A stretch of DNA of 64,000 nt from Lingula anatina (lineage: Eukaryota > Animalia > Brachiopoda). The position numbers and the translations under genes were made by a program. The notes beneath the pieces were generated by a model that did no database searches, was not told the origin of the DNA, and saw nothing but the letters and a program-made list of their open reading frames with translations. How positions within the stretch are numbered: the stretch's first letter is position 1; every line of letters starts with the position of its first letter. Shown here piece by piece: positions 47,217 to 60,711 of the stretch. The DNA is taken from NCBI GenBank assembly GCA_051362555.1, contig CM120644.1:24078534-24142533 (forward strand), written 5' to 3'.

Positions 47217-48277
47217 TCTGATACAGATCATCTCACAGTTAGTACGATATGGTCTGGGAATGGTCCCTAAGGCTGTGTTCAGAATAGAAGTTATCATATT
47301 AGCTGTATGGATCTACATGTATCTCAGCAGAGATTCTTAGACGCATTCAATGTAATCAGCTCAGTTGGTTGGCACGCCCCCTCGCAGAGCAGTACGATCA
47401 ACAACATAGACCTAAAAAAATTTCGGACTTTACCCGATTACTTTAAGTTAAGGCAAGGCGTGCCAGGCAATTTATATTATAATTTTCACACAAATTGAGT
47501 CTTACGAAAATGGGACTTTCACTTAATAACTTCATGGGCTTACACTCATCTGAATTTATTTTATTCATCAATTTGCAATTTTAATTAAAATAAATGTGAC
47601 ATTTTTACTTAACAAATAGTTCCCATCCATTAATATTCTTTGTTTATACCTTAATCAGCAAGCAGAAGCATTTCAAAACTGCAATCGACGACTCCTAAAA
47701 ACCGGAATCCATACAGAAGTGAACACGGCTAATACCAATTATTGAAACAAAGAGGGCCCATTCCCGATGAAACTATCGGTCTACGTACAGTGTTTATCGA
47801 TTCAAATCCACGGAGACTCTTGTGAATGAAGTCAGATTAAAATATTACACGCCTACTCCTGGCAAACTGAAACAGTTGGTGATTATGCGAGTAAGTTGGA
47901 AAAAAAATGGAGGAGTGTTTATCTGTAATTCTGATGGAATTCAGCGAGAGTCCCCGCGGGTTGGACCAGCCAACCTTAAATGATAGTTTTAATGGAAGCA
48001 TGCCCTAATAGTGGATGATACGTCAAGGGGAAAATACCTTAAATATGCACATTGTGGTTTTTCTCTGAGACGTTTTACATATGCATAGTCGATCGCAGTT
48101 CTCAAATGTTTTTCCTTGCTGATTAAGGTATAAAAGATAATTACAATTTGTCCTGTAACGTGGATAACGTACAGGTTCTCGGTGTATATATTCACTGTAG
48201 TATAATTTCAACACGTATAATTCACCCGTCCTGCAGACGCGGCAGACGTGAATTATTTTCCGTGAAGAAGATCGAAG

Positions 48278-48839
48278 ATGAACTCTCTCTATCTGTTGCT
48301 AGTACTTGGGTGGTGAGTTTGATTGTTTTATTTTTCACTTCTGTCAAATGAAGGAAAGACACGTACAAAAACGTGACAATCTTGACAACATTTATGTTTA
48401 ACTCGAGTATTTTCACATATGGTTTATATGTATCGGTATTAATATACTTAGGGGTCAACATTTTATCATCATTTTTACAAAGGAAAATCATTCGATGATT
48501 GTAAAATACAATGGATAAGGAGGTCTTACACATTGACAGTTAAAGTTATCTATACGTGATGGTCCACCAGAGCAGTGCCTTTACAGTAGAATGGTATCTG
48601 AACGTGTGTAGCAGTAGTTTGGCAATGTTTAACTCTAGAGTAGAACATGAATAAAAATGGCAGATATGAAATAGCAGGTTCAGGTTAGAGAACGTTTGCA
48701 TGTTAAAAAAGGCAGAAGATGATAACTACGCCTTAATGTGCAATGGCAGTGATACTGTATAAAGATTACGCTACAAAATGAAAATTCAATTTAATGGCTC
48801 AAGTAGGTAAGCTAATTAATTCACCCCAGACCCACAAAT

Positions 48840-48886
<47 letters not shown>

Positions 48887-51800
48887 TGGCCAACACCTGT
48901 AATGTAATATGGCAGATGTAAGATCTAGTAATTTACTTGAAATGTTGAAATGTTTTAGCTGTATATTTTTGTCTATTTGGAATGTCTTAGAATATCTGTT
49001 ATAATTCTTATAAGAATGACTCTCTTTAATATTTGTACTGCATATTAGGAAGTAATCGATAAGTGACCATGAATAAAATTAATTAAACAAAAATGGTTAA
49101 AAACTCAAGTGAAGAAATAAAGAAATAAGAATGTGCAAATATGTTAATTAATGTTTGGATTTCTATCGGAGGCGGAACTCGTCCTATTAAAAGAAGACAG
49201 ATGGTAAATTAATGCACTTTATATTCAACTTTATGGACACCTAATAAATTATCGGTATTGTACCTTAATATTGAAAAGCAGTTTTCCTAACGTGTCAGCA
49301 AATGGTAATTTCATTTCTTACAATACATGTATATTGGGAATTGTGCAATTTAATTAAAATTTGACAAGTTTTTCTAGAGTGGTGTTAACTAATTTTCAGT
49401 TGTCAGTTTGTCATTTTGTTGCTGAAATTTAAAACAAATGATATAATCACGAAAAAACACCTGTCCTTGAAACATTGTTGAAGGTCAAAAACTTCTCTTT
49501 CCTCTCCTCTGAGAAAAATAGACATTAAGACCAAATGTACGCAATAATACATACGATATTTTTATCACTGACAAGGTTGCCATTGGTACTGCATTCTATA
49601 AACGCCCTTTTCTGAATTGTGAACAGAAATAAATAAAATACACTCAATGAATTAAGACGTGAAAACCTTGTTATCCAGTATTTCTGTTGCATTATTATTC
49701 TTTTTATACAGCCAAACAATTACCAGCTAGAATTTATTTTCTGTCCAACACTCCTACCAATTAAATCATACCAACGTACAAAATCGTCCCTGGAAATGTT
49801 TCGGTTCACCTTACCAAAATGATGGATTAGCTAAATAAACACTTAAGTAATAAAATGATATGACAGTTTTGTCTTTTGTTATTCAATTCCTCGGGTTAAA
49901 AATGCATTAGTTATAAAACTTCACCAACTAGAAATTTACAACTTAATATCTCCCAGTAGTAACTGAAATATCTCTCTTTTAAATAATTGAAACCATCGCT
50001 CAACTCAGTTCAGTTCGCCGTGAGATTTATTAGCTTGGAAAATTATCTTTAAAAAATATTTTTTTCTTAAATGTCCGAGCACCAATTGCAACCTTTGTGG
50101 TAGGGGAATGGAATCTCTATCAGAGGGTTTTGACTTGGGTGGATAAAAAGAATTTTGAGAATTAAAACATGTAGAATATAAAATATTTGAACTGATTGAT
50201 AAAACTCCCTTCATTGGATCAAACGTGGAGCCTCACAATAGCGTTTTATTGCAATAAAATATCGTTCTTCACGGCCTACATGTCTACAACAAAATTGAAC
50301 CAAATTGGACAAGTTCTGACCGATGCCAGGAATGCTATTCCAGATTGAGCTCTAAAAATCTATCCCAAAGATTTGCTTGCCGCTTGAAAGCGCTGGTAGC
50401 AGCCAGAAGAGGTCATGCGTACAGTGCCCGTTACTGTGACTAGACACTGATACATGTATGAGGGTCTTTGCGGAGTGTGTAACTTTTTTACAGACGATCC
50501 AAACTATCTATTTTAATGATTGTCGTATGACATAGAATGAGTAATTTATTTTTGTTAGCTTCACTGGCGAATTCAATTAATGAACTGATGTCAAAGAGAT
50601 AATTAAAAGTTATTAACACGATTTTAATCCTAGGAAAAATGATGAAAAATGATTTGGAGAATATTCCATATTAAATGTTAGGTCTGTATTTTCTCTCAAA
50701 GTGAACTGGTGCAAACAGTATCACTGACGTATATCGTACAATATGACAAGGTCATTGTACAGTACTATCATTACTCTGACTCATTCTCAAGCACTGGTCG
50801 TACTCTCTACCAGGGCAGCATATATAATAGGTTTTTTTTTCAAAAGTCTCCCTGTAACTTTTGGCTAGATGGAAACAGTTAAACCTGCACGTGAGCAGAT
50901 TGCATTGTACGGAGCTACGACAGGAGACTCCTTACTACCTTCAATATGAAGTAACAAGCTTTTCAGAATATGTTATTGAGATTGAGGTTTCATGACAAGG
51001 TAACAGAGAACCAAATTACATTCTACGGGGGTGTTTTTAAAGACATATATGTGAATATCTTGTGAAAAACCTATCTTTTGCACTGTTAGAGTGTCTGTAT
51101 GTTTTATTAATTCATCGAATTTAGGGTTTCAAGAATTCTTGGTTTATTTCTCCTGCAGGTTGGCAGCATTAGCACCCATTGTGACAGGGTCTTTCTGTTC
51201 AAAAAATGTCACCTGCTTAAAAGTTCAGCGGTATACGACTAAATGCGTTTGGTGGAAATGTATTCGTTTCAGGTAAGAAAATTAGATAAGGTACCGGGTA
51301 TATACTCAATAGCTGGACAGAAGAAAAAAGTAAAATTCGAAAGACCAGTTTGTGAAATACCAATTGACACTGGTCTCCGGGCAGGCAAATGTAAATTCAA
51401 AATCTACTTCAAATCGAAACATGGCTTTAAATAGTAGTCGTTTTCACTTCTGAGCACTCAGGTGCCTTCGTTTGTAAAATAAATAATAAACCTACATTTA
51501 GTTCAAATAATTATGGAAATGAGTATAGTAGTGAGCATTATTTATAAAATCGGATTCCTTTTTTTTATATAGAATTGTTACCTCATACTGTACCAAACAG
51601 GTTTGTTGTGCCGGATGGGAGGGATCAGGTTGTAACCAAGGTATGTGGACTGATGGAGGAGTGTATCTAGTGTAAATTTCGTTTGAAAGCAGGTCCTTAT
51701 TAACATGTTCGGGATTCAAAGATTGTAGAAATAGTCGATCCAACTAAGGTTGCTCACCAATGATCCGGTTCCGGTTCTAGGAATCATGGGAATGAATGTG

Positions 51801-54800
51801 TAATTTCATAATCCGCAGTGCAAGATTGATATCTAGAAGTGGTAGATTGAATAACAGGAGAGCTCTAATAGATAATACAGTATCAGAGTATGGATCCTGC
51901 TTTGTAGGGAACATGAAGGGGAGGGCGTGTCCTACTGAAATATAAAATCATCAGTATGATTATAAGAAATGCAATAATAGTAACAATAATAATAACAATT
52001 ACATAAATGCCATATTGGATATAACTTATATTAATTACGAGAACGTGAAGTGGAACACGTGAGGGGTAAGATTATCACATTTTTTAATAAGTGATAAAAG
52101 GGGGAAGGTGTGAAAAAGTAATATTTTTCTGAACACTGTCTTAATTGAAACCTCTCTGAAATTATGAAAGGTGTAACTCACGGAATGACTATTTAGTAAT
52201 ACTTGTGCTGACTTTCTCATAGCAAATCAGACTCTAAAGAATGAACTATGAACCGTCCTTTTTGCCTGGAAATGATCCATTTTGGGTAAAAGGTGATCCA
52301 GGCCCATGGACGTATTTGGTTAAAATACCCGCTTTTGAAATCGCTGGTTTCGGACCTGTACGTTCTCACTAACTATAAAATTGTCTAGAGTATCTTCCAA
52401 TCTCTACCCTGAACATGTATGAGTAAAAATATTGTAAGAGCAATGTAGCAGCCAATCTGAGACCGTGGTATAAGCATAATACAGCATTCGTCACCGAGCT
52501 AACTCGGGTATTGTCTAGCCTGGAGCTCTACAACACACCAAATATTCCACGTATAGCCCAATGACTCATAGTATATCTATGGCGTACATGTATATATATG
52601 CATTACAGATGTAGATGAATGCAGCATTAATAACGGAGGCTGTGTACATGTTTGTATCAATCTACCTGGCTCCTTCCGGTGTGAGTGTGACTCGGGATAC
52701 CAGCTGAGACAAGACGGTATTACGTGTGAAGGTCAGTCCACTTATGTTATACATTTAGGCACGCTGCTGACGTCATTTCGATATTATAGTGACGTCACAA
52801 TAATCTTTTGCCGTCGTAATCACGTGTAATTGGCATTGTTTTCCTGCATTTCAGAAGTTACTTATTTCCTTTTTAGAAAACTATAAAATTATTTTACTAG
52901 TACCGTGTAGCTATTTAGGCTTCGTTCACATGCAATGTCTATTTTCTATTTTCTATTTTCTATTTTCGGTATGTCTTATGATCACGGTCTGTGCACTGAA
53001 TATCCTGCGGCGTAATTACTGGCAGCGCGAGCCAGTTACTATAAGTTACTATAAGTAACTGGCTCGCGCTGCCAGTAATTACGCGGCGGGATATTCAGTG
53101 CACAGACCATGATCATAAGATAGCGCGAATAGAAAATAGAATTTAGAAAATAGACATTGCATGTGAACGAAGCCTAAGTCCCCGGTCACTTTAATAGCAC
53201 ACGCACGGCGAACGTGCGTGTGCCCCCGACAGTGTTAATGATAGGGGGATTACGATAGACAGCGCAAGTCGTTCACAGCGGGAGTCACTATCGCCGCTGT
53301 TAGGCCGGTAATTAAGTCTTTAACTTGACTAAACATGTTTCGCTTTGTAACTTGCGTCCTTCAGTCTTGCTGTTGCGGAAGCGCCGGCGAGAAATATCTC
53401 CACCTTGCCGATATTTATCCCGACTCCCGACTTGAAAAGTAAAATTGGTTTTGATTTTATCAAAGTCTTATTGTATCAGAAAACCTGCATATTTTCATAC
53501 GTTAAGAGAATTATAGAAACTGTAAAAAAGCTACTCGTACATCAGGGATAGAAAACAAGACCTTGCAGCACTATAATCTATTACTCATCACCAGAAGTTC
53601 CTGTTTCACTTTTTTCTCCCAAATTACAAAGTCTGGTGACAACTGAAAGGTTTTAGCCATTATACCTCAGGGCAGTGAGAGAGTTGATTAAAAGTAATAA
53701 AATTATATATTTTGAAGAATTTTCCTAGCCTTCGGCAATTTCCGCAAAGCTTCGGCATGCGCGGCAATACAGATCTGTCGATATCGGTGTGAAAGTGTAA
53801 TAGTACTGGTGGAATAACGGTTACCGTCGTTGCAAACGTTGTAACCTAACCGACGGGAGTTCGTACCCCAAAGGTACTTTTGAAATTTTGGAATTATCAT
53901 TATTATTGATATCTTTAAATATTAAAACAGTTGTGGCTAATTGTTTTTGCAACGAAAAGCAGAGTAGGGAGGATTGTTGTAATTGTTAAAGTTATTATGA
54001 CTGGGGACATAAATTAGTATGCTAATCGCTTATCATGGTATAATGATTGATACGATGGGTATCAGATAGTTTTCATTTGATATAAACGACGAAATAGCGG
54101 CCTTCCAAAGATCTTTGCTGAATGTTTATAACGTAGGTACTATTATACGCACAAATATTGATACATGACGCAAACGTCATTTACTCATTTCGGTAATATT
54201 AATTTTAATTAAAAATAAATAAAATTAAATTGAAATTAAAATTAAAATTTGTCTAAACGTTTATATTACCATACACCGTGTTTAAAGGGTTCTCAACACT
54301 TTACATCCTAATACAGCTATGTCAATTTTCATGTTTGCTAGTTTATTTTGATTTGAGTGAGGACCGACCCTCTACTAGGACCGCAAATTATATATGAGTA
54401 TTTTTCTTCAGTGCAAGAGACTGCATAATGAAAAATCAATCTGCAACTCTGGTATAGGATGGCCTTATGTGTGTAATAATATACAAGTAGGGGCAGGGGT
54501 ACAATTTTATAGTACAATAAGTCATTTATACATCTATTGATCTCATCGTCGGGTCATTGTTTACAATAGCGCTTTGTCGCTGTGCGTACCTTTTTGCATT
54601 TGAGTTAGACTCAGTCAGTAACAGCTGGTGATTTTGTCTCTTTTTTTTTTTTTTTTTTTTTTTGCGTTTCATTGACAATATTTTGGCCACCTAAGTAGGG
54701 AAATGTGGCTCTTTGTTTTGATATGACATTTCCATTGTTCCTTTGAACACGCAAAAGTCTTCACCAGGAAGCAGATAACACTTACGTCAACATTCTTACT

Positions 54801-57800
54801 TTGTAGTAACCATCCAGGGGGAAAAACAAAAGCCTCATTAGGTGTCGTCCTTCACACTGTAAAAGGTGTTAATTTCATGCTTCTATTGTTTGCCCATGAA
54901 TCATTATGACGAAATTGTAGGGTTGCCAGATCACTCGCGCTCCATTCAATTCTCTTTTTCTGCCCTGCAGCCTGGGATGAGTGATACTTGACTGTCCTTT
55001 GTTTACATCTGGAGATTTTCTTTATAATTTGATCAGTGTGCATATTATAATATATTTTCAATCTGGAAAAATACGTGATAATGTAACGATTCTTATTTTA
55101 CGGATAGATAATTACAAAAATTAATTTCAGATATAATACCCCCTATTTCAGCGCCTATTCCTGACTGCGTTAATTATGGGGGGTTGGAAAGTAATCCGTT
55201 AGGACGCGGATGTGATGATAGCTACTCTTACCAACAGTACATCATCGATCAACTAAACTCAGCCACCTGAAGCAGAATAACCAACAAAAGACATATTGGA
55301 CTACATCTGCCCTCTTGATGAAACATCTTATGTAAAAAAGGCGATGGCGGTCAAAACATACGTGCCTCGTGGTGTATTAAATGTTCATCGTATTTTTTCG
55401 TTCATTATTCTTATGACTTAAGCAACTTCACCTCCCTAACACCCTTTTTTTATTTATTTAAACCATTGTTAGACAAACCAAGGGTTTCACTCCAGATTTC
55501 ACGATCGAACAAGTGATCATGAGGAGAGTGTAGCATGCTATAGTAAACTACCCCAAATATATACCCAACACCTCCAGGGTTTCACGATCGAGCAAGTGAT
55601 CATGAGGAGAGAGTGTAGCAGAGAACTTCATTAATGGTCGTCATAATTGGTGGTTGCCTTGGGAAAATGAGTTACAGGATTACATAATACAGATACGTGA
55701 TAACAAAAGATAAATACTAATTTTTTCCCTGATACAAAATCCCCTATTTCAGCGCTTATTCCTGACTGCGTTAATTACGGGGGATTAGAAAGTAATCTGT
55801 GAGGACGCAGGAGCGATGATTGCTACTCTTACCAACGGTAAATCACCGATTTACTTGACTCCGCTATTTCGAGCAAAATCACCACGAAAAGACAAATTAG
55901 ACTACGTTCGCCCTCTTATTATAACAAAGAATGTAAAAATTTGATGTCGGTCAAAGAAGAGGCCTAGGCTACGTGCTTCATGGTTTATTAGATAGGCCTA
56001 TTCATAGGATTTTAGTTCATTATTATAGCTTTACCTCGCGAGACCCCTTTTATATATTTAAAACACAGCACCCCACAGGTTTGGCGATCATGAAGAAAGG
56101 GAGTGTAGCAAAGAACAGAACCTCATTAGGCCCCTAATGGTCGTAATAATTGGTGGTTGCATTGTAGGCCTAAAATTGTTCATTTTAGTCGACAAACTAA
56201 GCTAGAAGAAAGAACAGATCATTATCGCCTCTCTTTACTTAGGAACAATAACTGGCTAGATGCAGCATTTACAAGTTCTTTTATTTAGAAACTGCCGATC
56301 ATTTGTCTGGGACTGCCGTTCAACGCCGTTTAAATGACGTCCGAGAAACGGCGATAACGACAGAGACGTCCTCGAACATTTTTGGACTCAGTGAAAATAA
56401 AATAAAAATCCGTTAAGAAGTAGCCTTTTAATGTCCTGGCAAATAACTTTGCGATGGCTCAGGGAGTTCTAGAAAGAATGACAAGAAACGACATTAGGGT
56501 TTATAATAGACTTAAAACTATCAGAGTGTAGGCCTGTCTTAATTACTTCATTTCTAAGACCATCTTGTGATACGAGTCATGCTACACTACAATAGAGGGG
56601 GTAGCAGTGGAAGATTTAATACAGGGATACCATCGATAGTTTATCAAAAGAAAATCGCGATCCTCAAATGTTTTTTTTTTTTAATTCATTAAATATAAAC
56701 TGTTTTTTATCGTGCAATGGGTCTGGCATAGTTGTATTGACCTATCAGTTGGAAACACGTGGTTCGTCTACAATTGCAAATGGCGGAGGTGCCCTGGAAG
56801 TTATTGTCGTAAAATTAGCTGGATACGTGCACGTGAGAAAATTATTCATTAAATTCAGTTTTCAAGCGTCAGCTTAATCTGGTAAAATGCCAGACGATAA
56901 AAATCATAGATAGAGCCTTATGACCCACTGTAGAATGATGCCAAATAATACATCAACGACGAAGTTTATCGGCAGATAAACGTGTTTCCATTCTCGGCTG
57001 ACTGAGGAATGGTTTGAGAGAGCATTTAAAGAAGAGGCGGGCGAACCAATAGTGAGTAGGAAGTGTGCTGCAATCAAGACGAACAATACCGATCATAAGT
57101 GGACAACTAATAACCCCTAATTAAGCCCGGGTTACGCACTGCTGTGTTGACTCCTTGCTGGGGAGCGGTAGCGGCCTCCTACTGCTGTTAGTAATCACGC
57201 ATTGTCCTCTAACTTGCGGCTTAGTTGACTCCTTGCTGGGAAGGGCTAGCGGCCTCCTACTGCTGTGCGTAACACACATTGTCTTCTAACATGCGGCTAC
57301 ACGTCGGTTGCATTGTATTAATAAAGTAATACCTATTCATAAGGAAGGGGGCGGATGGTAATCTGACGAGTATTAAATCAGTTATCGATTAAACGCGTAC
57401 CAGTAGTCTTGTTTTTTATTGGCTATACGGTATGTCACCTGTTGTTATCTCAACCCCCTACGGCCAAATTACATATTATTTTATTCTGGCCCATGATACC
57501 TGGAACATGATACGTCAAACTAATACAAGTATCAGCACATCATTCAAACGACTGCGCATGCGCGAAATGTGTGCTGTTTGAAATAAACGAATGGTGAAAT
57601 TGACAAAGCCTAATCGGTGTATACCGTCTGGTTGATCTTATTTAATTTGCCTTTTGTTGTCGTTTTGGGGAATCATATTTTATAAAAATGGTGGAATTGG
57701 CTAAATCAAATTACATCTTGGTTACCATTGGCATTTTCAGTAAAAAAAAAAAATAAAAAAAAAAATAAATAAATAAATCAAATAGGCCTATCATAAGAAA

Positions 57801-60678
57801 ACCGCCGTATTTGGCCTTTTTGTTAGATAAATTGATATTTTTTTAGAATTTGGAGGCTAAAAACACCAGAATTGTCTGGTCTTCATATCAATGCACTACG
57901 TATTTTTAGGGTGCTACAAATATTTCGTTTCTGATGCATTACAGATGTAGATGAATGCAGCATCAATAACGGAGGCTGTGCACAGGGGTGTAACAACCTA
58001 CCTGGTTCCTTCAGGTGTGAATGTGACTCGGGATACCAGTTGGGACAAGACGGTATTACGTGTGAAGGTCAGTCCACTTATGTTGTACATTTAGGCACGC
58101 TGCAGCCTCGGGACGTCATTTCGACGTCATGCTGTCGTCACAATTTTTTGAGGACATAACATGCAAAATAACATTGCCTGTCTGCATTACTTAAGGTACC
58201 CATTCTCCCTTTTTAAATACTTTCGTTGCGTATAAATATCACCTGTTGTGCCGTCAACTTGATTCTGGCCTAGTTACTAGTTACATGTGCACCCCTGCCA
58301 CTTCATTGAAACCTATCCTATACTTAACATTTAACACTTTATATTTAGATACCGCCTTGGAAGAAAGGGTATGCGGATACTTGATGTTTTATATTTTGTT
58401 TTCAGATATAAATGAGTGTAACTTGTTCAATGGAGGGTGCCAAGACATTTGTGAGAACACCATTGGATCATTTGTGTGCAGTTGCAGCAGTGGGGAACTC
58501 AGCAGCGACGGTCTGAGCTGTGAATGTGAGAACATGTCAAAATTATTCAACATATTTTAAATAGAATAAATTCACTATGCCAGATAATAAACTCACAGTT
58601 TATTTGGATGATTTTATTAACATGACGTCTCAAATAATGAAAGTATTACTATTACACTTTAAGTTTTGATTTTTTTAAATAAGTGTGCATTTTAACATTT
58701 AAATAAATAAAAAAAATCTGCTAAACATACACGTCACACAGCGTTTACCTATTTGGGGGTTGTTTTCTCTGTATAGTACCCACCCAGTATAATTAATGGT
58801 CCCATTTGCTTCGTGTTATGTGGATTTTGTTCCCTTTTATTTTTCTCAAACAAAACTTTCTTTTATCAGCAAGCAACGAAACAAGCGTTTTCCAGCGAAA
58901 CAATATCCCTCGTAAACTTTTGCCACGAGGGTGTGCTGTGGTCACATTGACTCGATGTACAGAGGGCGCTGATGTGGAAGTCCGTCTTTCGTCCACAGCT
59001 GAATGGTACAAGTTGAACTCTGACCCCAACGTCATCTTCACACTTGGTATCGTCTTTATTGAAGTCAATGACATTGCCCTTCCTATGTCAGTCACAGGTA
59101 TGGCAGTACACAACCCGAACGGAAGATTCATGATGAAAATTGGATCTTTGAGTTATGATGAATCGCACGGAACCATGCTGGCAACTGACCGAAACAAAGA
59201 TTGTCTTTCATTTAATTTAACGCCTAGAGATGTGTATGACTTTATAAAATCCGGGTCTTTTTTGTCCACTTATTTAGAGAATATTTACAAGGCACTACCG
59301 AACTGGTTAAAATTTTCGTCAACGGGTTTCGATATTCTCTCAATCAATGAACTGAAGACAGATCTTTTGCACGGGCGAGATGTTCAGAAAGTACGGGCAT
59401 GTAGTGGTGCGCCTTTGTTCGACAACAAACTGTACTCCATCTTTCAGTTTGAAAGTGGCTTCAACCTTAGCGTATATGGCAACGAAATATCTCTCCCCAA
59501 ACCACTAAATGGAAATAAGTTTTGTCTAATAGTTGACATATGCAGAGCCTATGGCGGCACAATCTTCCTGATGTTTCCTCCGGGATCTAGAGAGCTCCTC
59601 AGTCAGCTGAAGGTGATAAGTAATATGGAGGAGAAGGGTGGATTTAAGTTGGTCCTGAATGGTATTGGCTTGTCAGTAGTTAAGGAGATAAACGTGCACT
59701 ATACAGCGTCAGAGTTGACATTCTGGAATGGGGATGAATTCTTCCAGTACCCGTAAGAAATTATACATTTTAATTTTACATTTTAGTTAAGGTAAACATT
59801 AATCATTTTATCAGGTTCAAAAAAATATTTTGGCAATTTTTCGGTTTATATTATCACTTTTTATTGACCTTTTTTCACGGTAGCGTGTTTACTAATTACA
59901 CTCAAATTATACATGTACAGACAGAAGGATACAGGACACTTTTTGCAAAATAGCCTACACAAGTAACAAATGATCTCACAATTTGTTATCGTTTGGTGAC
60001 AAATTCATTTCAGAGTTTTCCCAAAAGCTCACATGTGGCTTGGGGGAAGCGTCACCAAGAACGTCAGCATCTTCGACATCTCAGCTGAAACCGATATCTA
60101 CGTAGGGCTTCCTCGAAACCCACTGTCAGTGAGTGATCTTGTTGGCCACATGTCGCCAGCTTGTCTTATTAGGCCTAAAGATTTGATATCAATCTAAATA
60201 TTTAAAATGAAAACGGAAAGTGTCATATGCAATATTCCACAAGAAGAACAGATTTAAACTGATAAAATTTCCGTAATAAATATACAGAGCAGTTTCAACC
60301 ACCATTTTTCATGAAAATCTTGAGTCTTCCATCTCACTTTCCAAAATAGGACACCATGCCTCGTATACAGTAAAGTACTTTGGGTACAAAACTGCAGTAC
60401 TCAGCAGCCCTAGCTTCTTTAACCACCGTTACTAGTCAAGCTTTCTGTCGTACTGAATTTGTCACACCATACTTTGGTATTTTCCAGTTGCTTACCCACG
60501 TATTCCTGGAGGAGTGGAATGCTCTTGTGAAACTGAACGTCGTTGCATCGTGCACCCTCAAGTTTAAATTGTTTGGAAAGCAGCGAAGCATAAGAGTTAG
60601 AGAGCTGGGTGTCTCCAGTCTGGAAACCCACATGTCGGTTGGTGGTAAGTGCTCTCGGACTCTCTCTCTCTCTCTCTG

Positions 60679-60711
<33 letters not shown>

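Noticed and set aside
48778-48806. ATG...AG|GTAAGC as first coding exon of the EMI-EGF gene
   Set aside because: Phase fits, but [10 protein letters not shown] gives no hydrophobic core. 48278-48312 gives a clear signal peptide, and the surrounding frames have stops.
58806-58869. Apparent signal peptide at the start of the 316 aa ORF
   Set aside because: It is the translated polypyrimidine tract before the acceptor at 58869. The exon joins in phase to the upstream EGF exon.
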